A stretch of DNA of 64,000 nucleotides from Elusimicrobiota bacterium (GTDB lineage: Bacteria; Elusimicrobiota; Elusimicrobia; UBA1565; UBA9628): positions 20,019-84,018 of the forward strand of contig JACQAZ010000001.1 in NCBI GenBank assembly GCA_016194705.1, given 5' to 3'. Shown one piece after another: positions 18,152 to 28,500 of the stretch; positions within the stretch are counted from its first letter, which is position 1, and every line of letters begins with the position of its first letter. Both the position numbers and the translations under genes were made by a program. The notes under the pieces were generated by a model that saw only the letters and a program-made list of their open reading frames with translations, was not told where the DNA came from and searched no databases.

Positions 18152-20641
18152 CTAAAGCTTCGCGGCCTTCGGCGGCGCGTTCTTGACCCAGCGGTCGAAC
18201 CAGGAGAGCATCTCATGGAGGACGTGCTCGTTCGACTCGATGGACTGATACCAGTGGGACTCGGAGGGCAGCATGACGAGGCGCACGACGCCGCCGTTGC
18301 CGCGTATGGCCTCGAAGAACTGCTCGGACTGCAGAGAGACGGTGCCGGGATTGGCATCATCCTCGCCGTGGATGAGCAGCAGCGGGGCCTTCATTTCGTT
18401 GGCGTGAAAGAACGGCGAGACCTTCGTGTACACCTCGGGCGCCTCCCAGAGCGTGCGCCGCTCGTTCTGGAAGCCGAAGGCCGTCTTGAGGGTGCGGTTG
18501 TAGGCGCCGCTGCGCGCGATGCCGGCCCGGAAGAGCTCAGTGTGAGCGACCAGGTTGGCCGTCATGAGCCCGCCGTGGCTGTGGCCCATGACGCCGATGC
18601 GGTCGCGGTCGACGACGCCCAGCGAAACGGCCTTATCCACCGCGGCCTGGGCTCCCGCCACGAGCTGCTCCATGTACGTGTCGTAGATCTTGTTGGCGTC
18701 GCCCACCACCGGCATCAGCGGGTTGTCGATCACCGCGTAGCCCTGGAGCAGGAAGTAGAGATGGTCCCGGTAGCCGAAGGTCGTGAAGCGCTGGGTCGAG
18801 CCTTTGACTTGGCCCGCCATCTTGGGGTCGGTGTAGTCCAAGGGATAGGCGTAGAGCACCGCCGGCAGGCGCGTTCCTTCCTTGTAGTGCGGCGGCAGGT
18901 AGAGCGTGAAGGACAGGTCGATGCCGTCCTTGCGCTTGTAGCTCACGAGGCGCTTGGCGATGAGCCTCAGCTCCGGAGTCGGGTCCGCCATGAGGGTGAT
19001 CGGCTTGGCTGATGAGGTCCAGACGGCCTCGTCCTCGGCAGCGGGGATCTGCTTGTCCGGCACGCGCAGGACGTAGTTCGGGAAGTCCTTGGGCGTCTCG
19101 CGGCGCGTGATGAAGCGCCGCGCGCGGACGTCCGACCAAGCGACGAAGCGCTCGTAGGCCGTCTTCTCGCAGCGAAACAGGCGCTCGGTCTTGAGCGTCT
19201 TTAGGTCCAACCGGTCGAGGAAGGGCCGGTCTCCGTCGACGGAGGCGCCGGTGCCGCTCAAAAACACCGAGTCGCCGTCCTGCTCCATGACGTGAAACCC
19301 GTTGGGCAGGGCGCGGAGCACGGGATAGCCCGGGAACTTGTACGACTCGTCGCTGCTCATGTCCCAAACCACGCGCGCGGGGGACTTGAGATCGTCGAAA
19401 TCGACGGCCAAGGTCTTGGTCCAATGCTTGATGAGATCGATCTCAGTCACGAAGGCGAGCCCGCCCTTCTCTCCCCATGTGATGCCGTCGAAGCGCATCT
19501 CGGTGCGCAGGGCCTCGGCCGGAGCGCCCTTGAACGGGGCCTTGAGCGTCATGAGGCGATCGCGATGCGGGACCTGAATCTTCCAATCGCCGCCGTCTTG
19601 CGCCTCGGCCCAGAGCAAAGTGGCGGGCTCGGTCGCGCGCCATCGAAACTCGCGGGGGCCGGTGCGCACGCCCCAGATCGGCACGGCGTCGGCCAGCGGC
19701 AGCGTGGCGAGCTTGTGCGCCAGCCGCCCTTCGGAGTCCCACAGCTCGATGGCCGTGGGGAAATGGTCGTGCGTCGTCAGGTACGAGTAGGGCCGCTGGA
19801 CTTTTCCGACCAGGATGTAGCGCCCGTCGGGGGAAGGGTCGATCTGCTCGTAGAGCGCCGGCTGGCCCAGGGGCTTGAGGCTCCCGGTGCCCGCGTCCAC
19901 GAGCATGAGCTGGGAGGCCGCGTAGTAGTCGAAGAGCTCCTCGTCGTGGACGTTCTTGAGCACGTCGCGGACCTCGTACGTGCTGCTCGCCCCCTTGCCG
20001 CCCATGGACTCCTGGATGTGAGGGCCCTTGGGCGCCGACGGCTCGGTCGGAGCCGGGCCTTGCCCCTCGGGCACCGTCTTGACGATCAGCGTCTTCTGGT
20101 CCGGCATCCACTGCAGCGAATCGCCCAACATAGGGTTCAACCGCACGCCCTCGACTTTTCGCACAGAATCCGAGCCGACCGCGCCCAGCCAGAGCTCGAT
20201 GGCCTCGGCCGTGATGTTCGTGAAGGCGTAGCGCCTGCCGTCCGCGCTCCAGACCGGCAGGCCGACTTTGGCTCCCGCGGGCAGCGCCACGGACGTGCGC
20301 GCGCCGCCCGGCAAGCTCACCAGCGTGAAGGCGCTCCAATAGTCCTGGCCGCTGCCGTACGGGCCGTGGACGGTGCGGTTGCGCGGCACGACGCGCACGC
20401 CCGCCAAGCCCAGCGCGGGCAGAGCGATGTGGGAGATCGGCGGAAAGCTGACGGGAGCGGCCAGGATCATCGCGTCGTGCGTCGGGTTGAGCGACGCGTC
20501 GGGCGGCAGCGGCGCGTGCAGCACCTCGAGCACGGCCTTCGGGGGCTTCTGGTAGGAGGTCTCCTCGGCCAAGAGGCGTCCGGCTCCCGGGCCCGCGGCC
20601 AGGCACAGCATGAGAACTGCGGCGAAAGCGTGACGGATCAT
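18152..20641 (-). CDS. Secreted S9-family prolyl oligopeptidase / glutamyl endopeptidase-like
   Basis: Signal peptide from ATG 20641 with GGAGG SD; GHSHGG nucleophile, HGEDD, ESH; beta-propeller N-terminus. Confidence 0.9.
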   Translation of the reverse strand: MIRHAFAAVLMLCLAAGPGAGRLLAEETSYQKPPKAVLEVLHAPLPPDASLNPTHDAMILAAPVSFPPISHIALPALGLAGVRVVPRNRTVHGPYGSGQDYWSAFTLVSLPGGARTSVALPAGAKVGLPVWSADGRRYAFTNITAEAIELWLGAVGSDSVRKVEGVRLNPMLGDSLQWMPDQKTLIVKTVPEGQGPAPTEPSAPKGPHIQESMGGKGASSTYEVRDVLKNVHDEELFDYYAASQLMLVDAGTGSLKPLGQPALYEQIDPSPDGRYILVGKVQRPYSYLTTHDHFPTAIELWDSEGRLAHKLATLPLADAVPIWGVRTGPREFRWRATEPATLLWAEAQDGGDWKIQVPHRDRLMTLKAPFKGAPAEALRTEMRFDGITWGEKGGLAFVTEIDLIKHWTKTLAVDFDDLKSPARVVWDMSSDESYKFPGYPVLRALPNGFHVMEQDGDSVFLSGTGASVDGDRPFLDRLDLKTLKTERLFRCEKTAYERFVAWSDVRARRFITRRETPKDFPNYVLRVPDKQIPAAEDEAVWTSSAKPITLMADPTPELRLIAKRLVSYKRKDGIDLSFTLYLPPHYKEGTRLPAVLYAYPLDYTDPKMAGQVKGSTQRFTTFGYRDHLYFLLQGYAVIDNPLMPVVGDANKIYDTYMEQLVAGAQAAVDKAVSLGVVDRDRIGVMGHSHGGLMTANLVAHTELFRAGIARSGAYNRTLKTAFGFQNERRTLWEAPEVYTKVSPFFHANEMKAPLLLIHGEDDANPGTVSLQSEQFFEAIRGNGGVVRLVMLPSESHWYQSIESNEHVLHEMLSWFDRWVKNAPPKAAKL

Positions 20642-20723
20642 GGACGGCCTCCCGCGCTCGTGGGCGCTGAAAAATGATAGCAAACCGCGGCGCGTCAAGC
20701 CCGTTTCACGCTATAATCGGGGA

Positions 20724-21437
20724 GTGAGCGCCCCCGAGATCGACGAGGGAGACGCCGGGGACCGGCGCTACTACCGGCGCCTGTTCAACTACGGCTTCAT
20801 CTGGAATCTGGCGCACGCCCCGCGCCGGCGCATGTTCGAGACGTTCATGGCCGAGCTCAAGCCCCGGGCTTCGGAGACGGTGCTCGATCTGGGCGCCTCG
20901 AACCTGTCCGAACCGCTCGAGAACATGTTCGAGGTCTACTATCCGCACGCATCCAAGATCACCGCGGTGGGGCAGGAGGACTGCTCGTTCCTCGAGCGGC
21001 GCTATCCGGGCCTGCGCTTCGTCAAGGTCGAGGCGCATGGACCCTTGCCGTTCAAAGACGGGGAATTCGACATCGGCTTCTCGAGCGCGACCATCGAACA
21101 TGTCGGCTCGCGCCGGCAGCAGGGGCTGTTTCTCTCCGAGCTTCTCCGGGTCAGCAAGCGCGCCGTCTTTCTGACGACCCCCAACCGCTATTTTCCCGTC
21201 GAGCTGCACACGCGCCTGCCTCTGGTGCACAGGCTGCCCCCGGCCGTGTTCCGCTCCATTCTGAGGCGGCTCGGCTTTTCGTTCTACGCCGAGGAGGCTA
21301 ATTTGAACCTGGTCTCGCGCGCCGAGCTCAAGGGCTTGCTGCCTGCGGCCAAGTTCAAGCGCGCCGAACTGCGCACCTGCTCGTTCTTCGGCCTTCCCAG
21401 CAACCTGATTCTCATCGTCGAGAAAACCACCTCGTAA
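20724..21437 (+). CDS. Class I SAM-dependent methyltransferase
   Basis: VLDLGAS, LPFKDGEFDI, IEHVG, TTPNRYFPVELH. GTG start lies 6 nt after TATAAT. Confidence 0.85.
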   Translation: MSAPEIDEGDAGDRRYYRRLFNYGFIWNLAHAPRRRMFETFMAELKPRASETVLDLGASNLSEPLENMFEVYYPHASKITAVGQEDCSFLERRYPGLRFVKVEAHGPLPFKDGEFDIGFSSATIEHVGSRRQQGLFLSELLRVSKRAVFLTTPNRYFPVELHTRLPLVHRLPPAVFRSILRRLGFSFYAEEANLNLVSRAELKGLLPAAKFKRAELRTCSFFGLPSNLILIVEKTTS

Positions 21438-21561
21438 TTGGTCATGCCGCGCATGAACGGGATCCGCGCTCCATTGATGCGTCGCGATACGGACCAAAGC
21501 CTGGCCCCGCCTGGATCAAGAGACACGCGCCATCCGCGGCTTTGCGGCTTACACTCCCAAT

Positions 21562-23235
21562 ATGACCAAACAAACCGTCTCCATGGTTTTGTCGCTTCTG
21601 CTGTGCGCCGCGCCCGTGTTCAACGCGGTCGGGGAAAACAGCGGGCAGCTCGATCCTCAGGCATACGCCCACAAAGACAATATTCCCCCGGATGACTTGG
21701 ATTCCCTGAAGACCAAGGGGTATCGATCCGACGCCGATGGCTTGTTCCCCTATGACGGCACCTGTTGTCTAAGAAACAGAGATGTATGGACGTTGCTTCG
21801 GGGAAAACCCTCCGGAGAGGACCAACCGTCGCGGGAACAAGCGCGCTCCGGGAAGCCCGAGCCAATCGTTGCGCCGGATATGGCCGGCCGACTCCAAAAC
21901 GGCATACAAAATGGCGTCAGAGACTGGGGTAATGGCGGCGATAAGGGAGATGCACTCATCACTGGCAGCGTGGCCGCTGTCCCAGACGTCCGCGGCGTCG
22001 CTCCCGCCCGCCGAGCTCTCCTCCGGGTCGCACACGCGAACAACGCTTCACCTTCCTCCGTACAACCCTGGGAGGTACATCTGGCGCCGTACAAGCAGGC
22101 GCCTGTCGCCTCCGCGGACACCGCGCCGCCCACAATGCCGGCGAAGCCGCCGGTCATTAAAGACGCGCGGACCGCACCCGCTACCGCAAGGCATTCCGCG
22201 ACGGGACAAGCGCAAAATTCCTCAACAAAGGGGGAAGTCGCAACTCCGGACGCGACTGTGGTCGACCACTCGAAACAGGACCTCAAGGGCGGGGAGACTC
22301 TCAAAACCTACAACAAGCAGCTCGACGATTTCTTCCAGGATTCCGCCCAGACGTCGCCTGCTTCAACCCTGAATCATGATACCGGCGTCCAATCGGGTGG
22401 CTATTCCCCGGTGGGCAGCTTCGGGCTCGCCGAAGGGTACGTCAACGACCAGCTCCAAAAGTTCATATCGGAGCTCCTTCGTCAAAGCGTCTCCCTGATG
22501 GGGTGGAAACTCGATATTAAATTAAAATTCAAGGAGAACCATGACGTGATGGTGGATATCGATATGAGCATCCCGCCTGGTTTTTTCGGCATGCCCAGCA
22601 CCGACAAGGATCTGCTCACCTATCACATAACCTCCAAGATGGAAGTGCTCAGCACCCCGCACCAGGGATATCTCATCTTCAAGCTCCCGCCGAACGGCAC
22701 CCTGTTCAAACGCGCCAATTCAGACATCCCGCCGGTCGCCATCCACACCGAACTGCTTTCGGACGCCGTGGCTATCGCCCGCGGATATTTGGCCGCGCTG
22801 TCCGGAGATATGGCGGGGTTCGACGCCGCGGCGGCGTTGCTTCAAAAGCAGATGGCCGCGCTTAAACTCCAAATGGACCAGCTCAACAAGGAACGCGACC
22901 GCAAAGAATACATGAAACTTCAGGCGCAGTTCAGGCTATTTGAGCTTCAAAAGGAAGCCACCGAGATCCAGCGCGGCCAGTTCAAGGACATCGCCGAACA
23001 GGTGCATACGCAGATGTTCTCTTTCGTCGGGGACAAGGAATTGAATTTGAACAATCTCCTGGCCGCGCGCGGCAACTCGCTGGTTCTTAAAGTCAACCTG
23101 GAGCAGATCACCCCGCCGAACATCTATAAGCTTGTGGCGGGCATACGGCTCAAAAATATCCAGGTAGAGGATCGTGACGGCCATAAGGAGTTGTACTTCT
23201 ATCTAGAAGGTCCTAAGGCGAAGAAGAAGGTATAG
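21562..23235 (+). CDS. Secreted hypothetical protein with low-complexity N-half and TULIP-like C-half with coiled-coil insert (lower GC)
   Basis: Signal peptide; codon usage visibly more AT-rich than the flanks; C-terminus resembles the next gene. Confidence 0.7.
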   Translation: MTKQTVSMVLSLLLCAAPVFNAVGENSGQLDPQAYAHKDNIPPDDLDSLKTKGYRSDADGLFPYDGTCCLRNRDVWTLLRGKPSGEDQPSREQARSGKPEPIVAPDMAGRLQNGIQNGVRDWGNGGDKGDALITGSVAAVPDVRGVAPARRALLRVAHANNASPSSVQPWEVHLAPYKQAPVASADTAPPTMPAKPPVIKDARTAPATARHSATGQAQNSSTKGEVATPDATVVDHSKQDLKGGETLKTYNKQLDDFFQDSAQTSPASTLNHDTGVQSGGYSPVGSFGLAEGYVNDQLQKFISELLRQSVSLMGWKLDIKLKFKENHDVMVDIDMSIPPGFFGMPSTDKDLLTYHITSKMEVLSTPHQGYLIFKLPPNGTLFKRANSDIPPVAIHTELLSDAVAIARGYLAALSGDMAGFDAAAALLQKQMAALKLQMDQLNKERDRKEYMKLQAQFRLFELQKEATEIQRGQFKDIAEQVHTQMFSFVGDKELNLNNLLAARGNSLVLKVNLEQITPPNIYKLVAGIRLKNIQVEDRDGHKELYFYLEGPKAKKKV

Positions 23236-23242
23236 AACTCCC

Positions 23243-23848
23243 ATGACGACAAAAACCATCTGGCTTCTCTGCCTCCTCTCGCCGGCATGCACCCTGCCGC
23301 GCGCGCGGGCCGAGGTTCCGGCTCCGCTCCGGCCCGACCTCGTGCTGCGGCTCAACCAGGAACTCTTCGAGACCCAGGGGGTTCAGGAAGCCCTGGATGC
23401 GGGCAAACGACGGTTGGACCCGGGCTTCCACGATGCATTCCTCGATTTCAGGAACGACGGCATCCACCTCAAGTTCACGCAATCGCTCTTATGGAAAGAA
23501 TTCGAATTCGACATAATCCTGCGTCTACTCTGGACCGGCCGCAACACATTCGAAGCGCATCTCCAAAAATTCGATGTTTCCGGGAAGCTCCTTTTATTCC
23601 ATTTCAAGGTCGACCTTAAAACGCTGAAGGCCCAGTTATTCCAATTTTTCAAGCTCAACATCCAAGTCGTGCTGCTGGACGCCATCGATTTAAAGTATGT
23701 CGGGAACACGGCGGACCAATCGCTCGTATTCCGCGGCACGGTCAACGTGGGCAAGCTGGTCCCCCTGCCGGCGGCCGCCGACCTCGATCTCTCGGGCATA
23801 CAGACGCAGGACCGATTGTTGGTTTTAGAGTTGGCAAGACGTCCTTAG
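23243..23848 (+). CDS. Secreted hypothetical protein, TULIP-like, co-transcribed with the previous gene
   Basis: Signal peptide; alternating hydrophobic strands; 7-nt gap to the upstream gene. Confidence 0.7.
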   Translation: MTTKTIWLLCLLSPACTLPRARAEVPAPLRPDLVLRLNQELFETQGVQEALDAGKRRLDPGFHDAFLDFRNDGIHLKFTQSLLWKEFEFDIILRLLWTGRNTFEAHLQKFDVSGKLLLFHFKVDLKTLKAQLFQFFKLNIQVVLLDAIDLKYVGNTADQSLVFRGTVNVGKLVPLPAAADLDLSGIQTQDRLLVLELARRP

Positions 23849-23955
23849 CGCCCCCCTGCGATACCCTGTCCACCATCCTTCCTGGAGGCGCCCGCGATGG
23901 TTTCATCTTACGGCCGTCGAAATTCTAGCCCAGTTTCACGGTATAATAGGAAGGC

Positions 23956-24312
23956 ATGAACCGGCTCATCCTCCTGGTCTTCACCGTTTTGGCGTGGCCC
24001 TCGCTGGCGCACGCCGAAGAGAAGAAGCAAAAGAACAAAGTCGGTACCCTACCGGCCATGCAACAGCGCGTGCTCGACGCGAAGACGGCCGGCGAGACCC
24101 ACGAGATGACCCTCGACGCGATCTTCGACAACCACCAGCACGGAGACGGCTCGGTCAATGCGACGACCGACAAGCTGCTCTCTGGAACCGCCGTGAGCCC
24201 GGAGCAGGCCAAGGAAGCCCGGCTCAAGGAAGCCGAGTGCCGAGCCGCAGCCCGCCACGGCAAGCGCAAAGGGCCGCGCTGCCGGGGCCGCCAGACTCGC
24301 GGCGAGCGCTAA
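23956..24312 (+). CDS. Small secreted hypothetical protein with basic tail
   Basis: TATAAT and AGGAAGG upstream; signal peptide MNRLILLVFTVLAWPSLAHA. Confidence 0.65.
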   Translation: MNRLILLVFTVLAWPSLAHAEEKKQKNKVGTLPAMQQRVLDAKTAGETHEMTLDAIFDNHQHGDGSVNATTDKLLSGTAVSPEQAKEARLKEAECRAAARHGKRKGPRCRGRQTRGER

Positions 24313-24366
24313 GCCGCTTTTTTCCCTAGCGACATCGGGGCGCACATTCGCCAAGACGCCGCCTTC

Positions 24367-25200
24367 TCAATAATCATGCCAATGCCATTTCGGCCTTTTG
24401 TCTTCGGGCGGATCGTCCGGCAGGCGGCTGTTCCACCCGGGGGCCACGATCAAGGCGTTGGCCTTTTCCGTGCAGCACCTGTTGGCCACGAAGCTCGCGT
24501 AGGTATTGCTGTTGGGTCCGGTGAAATAATAATAGCCGATGGGCCAGTCCTCGACGGCCTTGTTGACGCAGGAGATGCGCTCGTGGAGCTTCCTCTGGGC
24601 TTCGTCGGGGGGCAGTTTCTTGGAGCAATCGCTGCAGGGGACGCACGTGCCTCCCTCGCGATGCGTGATCTGCGGCCAAGTGTAGGGGCCGGTCGTGGGG
24701 CCCTCGCCGGTGACCGGATCGATCTCCTTGTGCATCTGCGGAAAGCCCTCCGTCGTCATCACGACCTTGCGCGCGGTTCTTTCCCGGATCCTTTCCCTGA
24801 TCCGGCTGAAATCCTTGTCCGCATTGGTCGAGATGCGGCGCATCTCGACCAAGTCGTGGCCGGTGTGCTCGGAGATGAATTGTATCCATGCCTCGTCATA
24901 GACTCTCCGCTCGGCCTTTTCGTCCAGGGACATGTGCTTGACCACCGCGATCCAGCAATGCGCGGGCGCCAGCGGAAAAAGGATGGGTGGAGCGTGGCCC
25001 GCGAAGTTGACCAGCAGGTGCGCACAGCAGATCTCGACTCCGGCCTGCGCGAGGGTCCCTGGCCCCGGGGGCAGCGACTTGTTGATCGCCGCCTGGGCCT
25101 GGCTTAAGGTCGAGTCGAAGTCCTGGGCGCGCGCGGACCAATGCAGGCATAAAGCCGCGGCCAGGAGCACCGTCTTGATCGCCATCCTTAGGCTCGTCAT
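24367..25200 (-). CDS. Secreted DUF3750-like (permuted papain-like) Cys-rich protein
   Basis: Signal peptide; HCWIAV near the N-terminus and YYYFTGPNSNTYASFV near the C-terminus. Confidence 0.55.
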   Translation of the reverse strand: MTSLRMAIKTVLLAAALCLHWSARAQDFDSTLSQAQAAINKSLPPGPGTLAQAGVEICCAHLLVNFAGHAPPILFPLAPAHCWIAVVKHMSLDEKAERRVYDEAWIQFISEHTGHDLVEMRRISTNADKDFSRIRERIRERTARKVVMTTEGFPQMHKEIDPVTGEGPTTGPYTWPQITHREGGTCVPCSDCSKKLPPDEAQRKLHERISCVNKAVEDWPIGYYYFTGPNSNTYASFVANRCCTEKANALIVAPGWNSRLPDDPPEDKRPKWHWHDY

Positions 25201-25415
25201 TCACATCGCCGCGTCTGCGGCTTTGAAACATAGGATTGCCTGTCTTGGAGGCACTCTCCCGAGGCGAATGGGTAGTCCGCCGCCGTCAAAGGTCCCTCTC
25301 GCGCGATGATAAAACTCTACCTCCTTCTTATCATGCCGCGATGACCAGCCGGTACAGCGGGCTCTCTCGCTCGCGGCGAGGTTCGTAAGCCCGGCAGGCG
25401 GAGACCGCTTAGGCG

Positions 25416-25572
25416 CTAGCAGGGTGCTGAAAAACTCGCGGTCGGCGAGCGTCGGGTCCGGGGCAGTCGTTCTCCGCTATTGGTCCGTTGCTTTAAAGCA
25501 ACGGACCAACGAGGAGTGATGGCCGAGCGGCGGAGCCAAGGCGGCCGAATGACTTTTTCAGCAACCTGCTAG
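25416..25572. mobile_element. MITE-like element with terminal inverted repeats and an internal 30-bp palindrome
   Basis: CTAGCAGGGTGCTGAAAAA ... TTTTTCAGCAACCTGCTAG (1 mismatch); CTAG at both ends; TTGGTCCGTTGCTTTAAAGCAACGGACCAA at 25480-25509. Confidence 0.7.
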
Positions 25573-28500
25573 CGCCCGAACGCGGCGAGCGCGAAGAGGC
25601 GCGGCACGATCGGGAAGCCGGGCAGGTTCGCCTTCGGGGTCGCCGCGTCGGCCGCGGCGCGAAGCGCCAGACGCGCCTCCTCGGACCGCGCGAGCGCGAG
25701 CTCGGCCTCGGCGATGAGCCTCATGTCGTCCGGCGGCGGGACGGGTTTGGCCTCTTCGAGCTTTTTCCGGTAGGCCTCGTAGACCTTGCGCCTCTGCTTC
25801 TGCTGGGCCGCGCCCAAGCCGACCTGCACCGCGACCCGCACCGTGTCCACGGCGATGTGATCGGGAGTCGCGACTGTCTGTCCGATGCCGTCCGAATCGG
25901 TGCGGTCGCCGATCGCATTCAGGGTGTTCTCGACGGCCAGCCTCCCGGTCTGGTGGTCCACCTTCGTTTCCGCGTACTCTCCCGCGCGGCCGCGCACGGA
26001 TTCTACGAAGCTCTTGCGCACGCTCCCCGTAAACGAGCCCATGATCTGGCCCCGGGCGTCCTCGAGGTCCTCCTTGGCCCAGCCGATCTCGCGCAGCAAG
26101 GAGCCCTTGCCCAGATGGACGTCTTTCTTGCCGTCCGTCGAGACCGGGGCTTTCTCGTGCTCCCACTCGCCCGGCTTTATCGGAGAGTCGTTGTCGACGC
26201 GCTTGGGGAACTGCGACGGATCGTAGTAGCGGTCGACCGGATCGGGCAGGATCTCGAAGATGTCGATGAAGTGCACGACCTTGCCGAGCGCGCCGCGGTG
26301 GACGGTCGCGCCGCCGTCGGTCTGGCGCATGTAGACGCGCCCGATGTAGCCTTCCTGGTTGGGGTCGCGGCCGGTGATCATCTCGATGGGCGTCTTGATG
26401 ATGCCGCGGGGGGTCTCGAGGATGATGTTGCCCCAATTCTGCGGCATGTAGGCCCAGCGTCCGTTGGCCCCGAGGCCGCTCTCCGCTTTCGAGAGCCTCT
26501 GCGCGAGGATCGCGCGTCCCAATGAGACGGGAAGGCCCGTCCTCGGGTCTATGTAGCGCTTGAGCCGCGCGATGGGCGAGATGTCCTTGTCGGTCTGCTT
26601 CCAGACCTTGCCCTCCATATCCTCGATCCACCAGGCGCCGGCCTCGCGCTCGAGTTCCTCCTTGCTGCGGAACACGCGCGCGACGCGCCCCTGCGCGTCG
26701 ACCTCCAGAGCCCAAATCTCGCCTTCGAGCCACTGCAAAGCGGCGCCGCCGCCGAGCTTGAAGGAGAAACCCTTGCCCGAGGCGCTCACGACGACGCCCT
26801 CGCCGTCGAGCCCGAGACGGAGGTCCGAGACGAGGTGGAAGGACCAGTCGTGCTCGAGCGACTTCGCGTCCTTGGCCTTTTCGCGCGCCGTGGAAAGTTC
26901 TTCCTGGTTCATGTAGACGGCCGCGACCTCGGCGTCTTTGTCGAGCGCATAGGCGAAGCCCTCCAGCTTGAGGTTGAGCCAACCTTTGCGCCGGGCGGCG
27001 AGCTCGTCGTTGGCCGCCTCGTCGAGCAGGGCGCCGGCGCCGCGCTTGCCGAATTCCGCCCTTTGGAAGAGCCGCGCGTAATCGGAGGCCTCGAGCGACT
27101 CGAGGCTCGGGAAGGTCCCGGCCGGCAGGGCCTCTCCCGAGACCTGCACGAGGATCACGAGCTCGTCGGGGCTCCTCCAGCGCGCGGCCAGAGCGTGGAC
27201 CGGCAGGCGCAGGCCCGCGCGCGGGTCGCGCGCCTTGTTGAAATAGAGGACCTTGCCCTGGCGCTCCATCCTCCTGAGCTCGGCCAGGCTCAAGGCGCCC
27301 GCGTACTGGCCCGCCTTCGCGCCGGACTCCACGCGAAGCGCCAGCTCGGATTTCTCGAGCGCCGCGTCGACTTCCTGGCGGCGCGAGCGCTGCTCGGCGC
27401 GAGCCTTCAGAACCTCGAGCTCTTCTCGGCGCGCATCGACGCCGGCCACGATCTCTTGGCCCCCCGCGCGCCGCGCCTCATCCTCGGTCGTCGGCCGGGC
27501 GCCGACGAAGGTGGGGGGGAGAAGGAAGCGCTTGCCGCCTAGCTCGACGACCTGGTTGCGGCCCTTGAGCCACTCCAGATCCTTGCCCGTCAGCCATTGC
27601 GTCTCGCCGCCGCCCTTGACCTCGTAGAGCGCCGGCAAGGACTCGGGCTTGGCGATCCAGCGCTCGCGCATCGCGCGCAGGAAGGCCAGCGACTCGGAGG
27701 CCGGCTGGATCTGGTCGCGCGCTTCCGGCGAGGCGCGCAGGGCCTGCATGCGCACCTCCCCCAAGGTGATCGCGCCGTCGAGCGTCACGATGCCGCGGCC
27801 GTAGCGCAGCATGTCGCGGCGGCGCTCGAGGCTGCCCCGCAGCCCGAACATCGCGTTGAGGCCGCTCGTCCAGCGCGGGTCCAAGCCCACCTCCTTCATC
27901 GCGAAGGTCTTGAGGACCTCGTTGTCGTAGGCGATGAGCGCCTTCACGTAGGCCTCCAGCGCCTTGTCCTTGAGCACGTAGTCCTCGGGCTTGAGCTTCT
28001 GCTGGAGGTAGTGGTGCAGCGCCTCCTGCCTCGCCTCGTAGACCGCGTCCTTGAGCGTCGAGAGGCGCGCATAGGCCGCCTCGACGGCCGGGGGCGCCGG
28101 GACCGCGCGCCAGTAGGCGGCGCGCAGGGCCTGCATCTCGTTTTGCTGACGGCGCACGTCGCCCTCGGCGCCGACGGCCTGGCTCTCGACGTCGGAGCGC
28201 AGGAAGCCCATCAGATCCGTCCAGGCCGAGCCGCCGCTTTGGGCCTCGAGCTCCCGCAGGATTTGCTCCAAGGCTGATTCCACGCGGCGCCGTCTGCCGT
28301 CGAGGTCGACCTTGGTCAGAAGGTCGAGCTTCTCGGCAGGCGTGAAGTCCTTGCTGAGCACGAGGCTCTGGCTGCGGCGGCTCGAGCGGTACTTCTCGAG
28401 CTCGCCCTTGAGGGACTGGCGCAGCTTGGGAGAGACCCCCGAGAGCAGCGAGTCCTGGCCTTTCTCGAAACCCTCGTCGAGCAGGCGCTGGGCCCAGTAG

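Noticed and set aside
25338-25416. attC-like imperfect hairpin ending GCTTAGGCGC
   Set aside because: It lacks proper RYYYAAC/GTTRRRY core sites, has no integrase or second site nearby, and the adjacent gene orientation does not fit a cassette.
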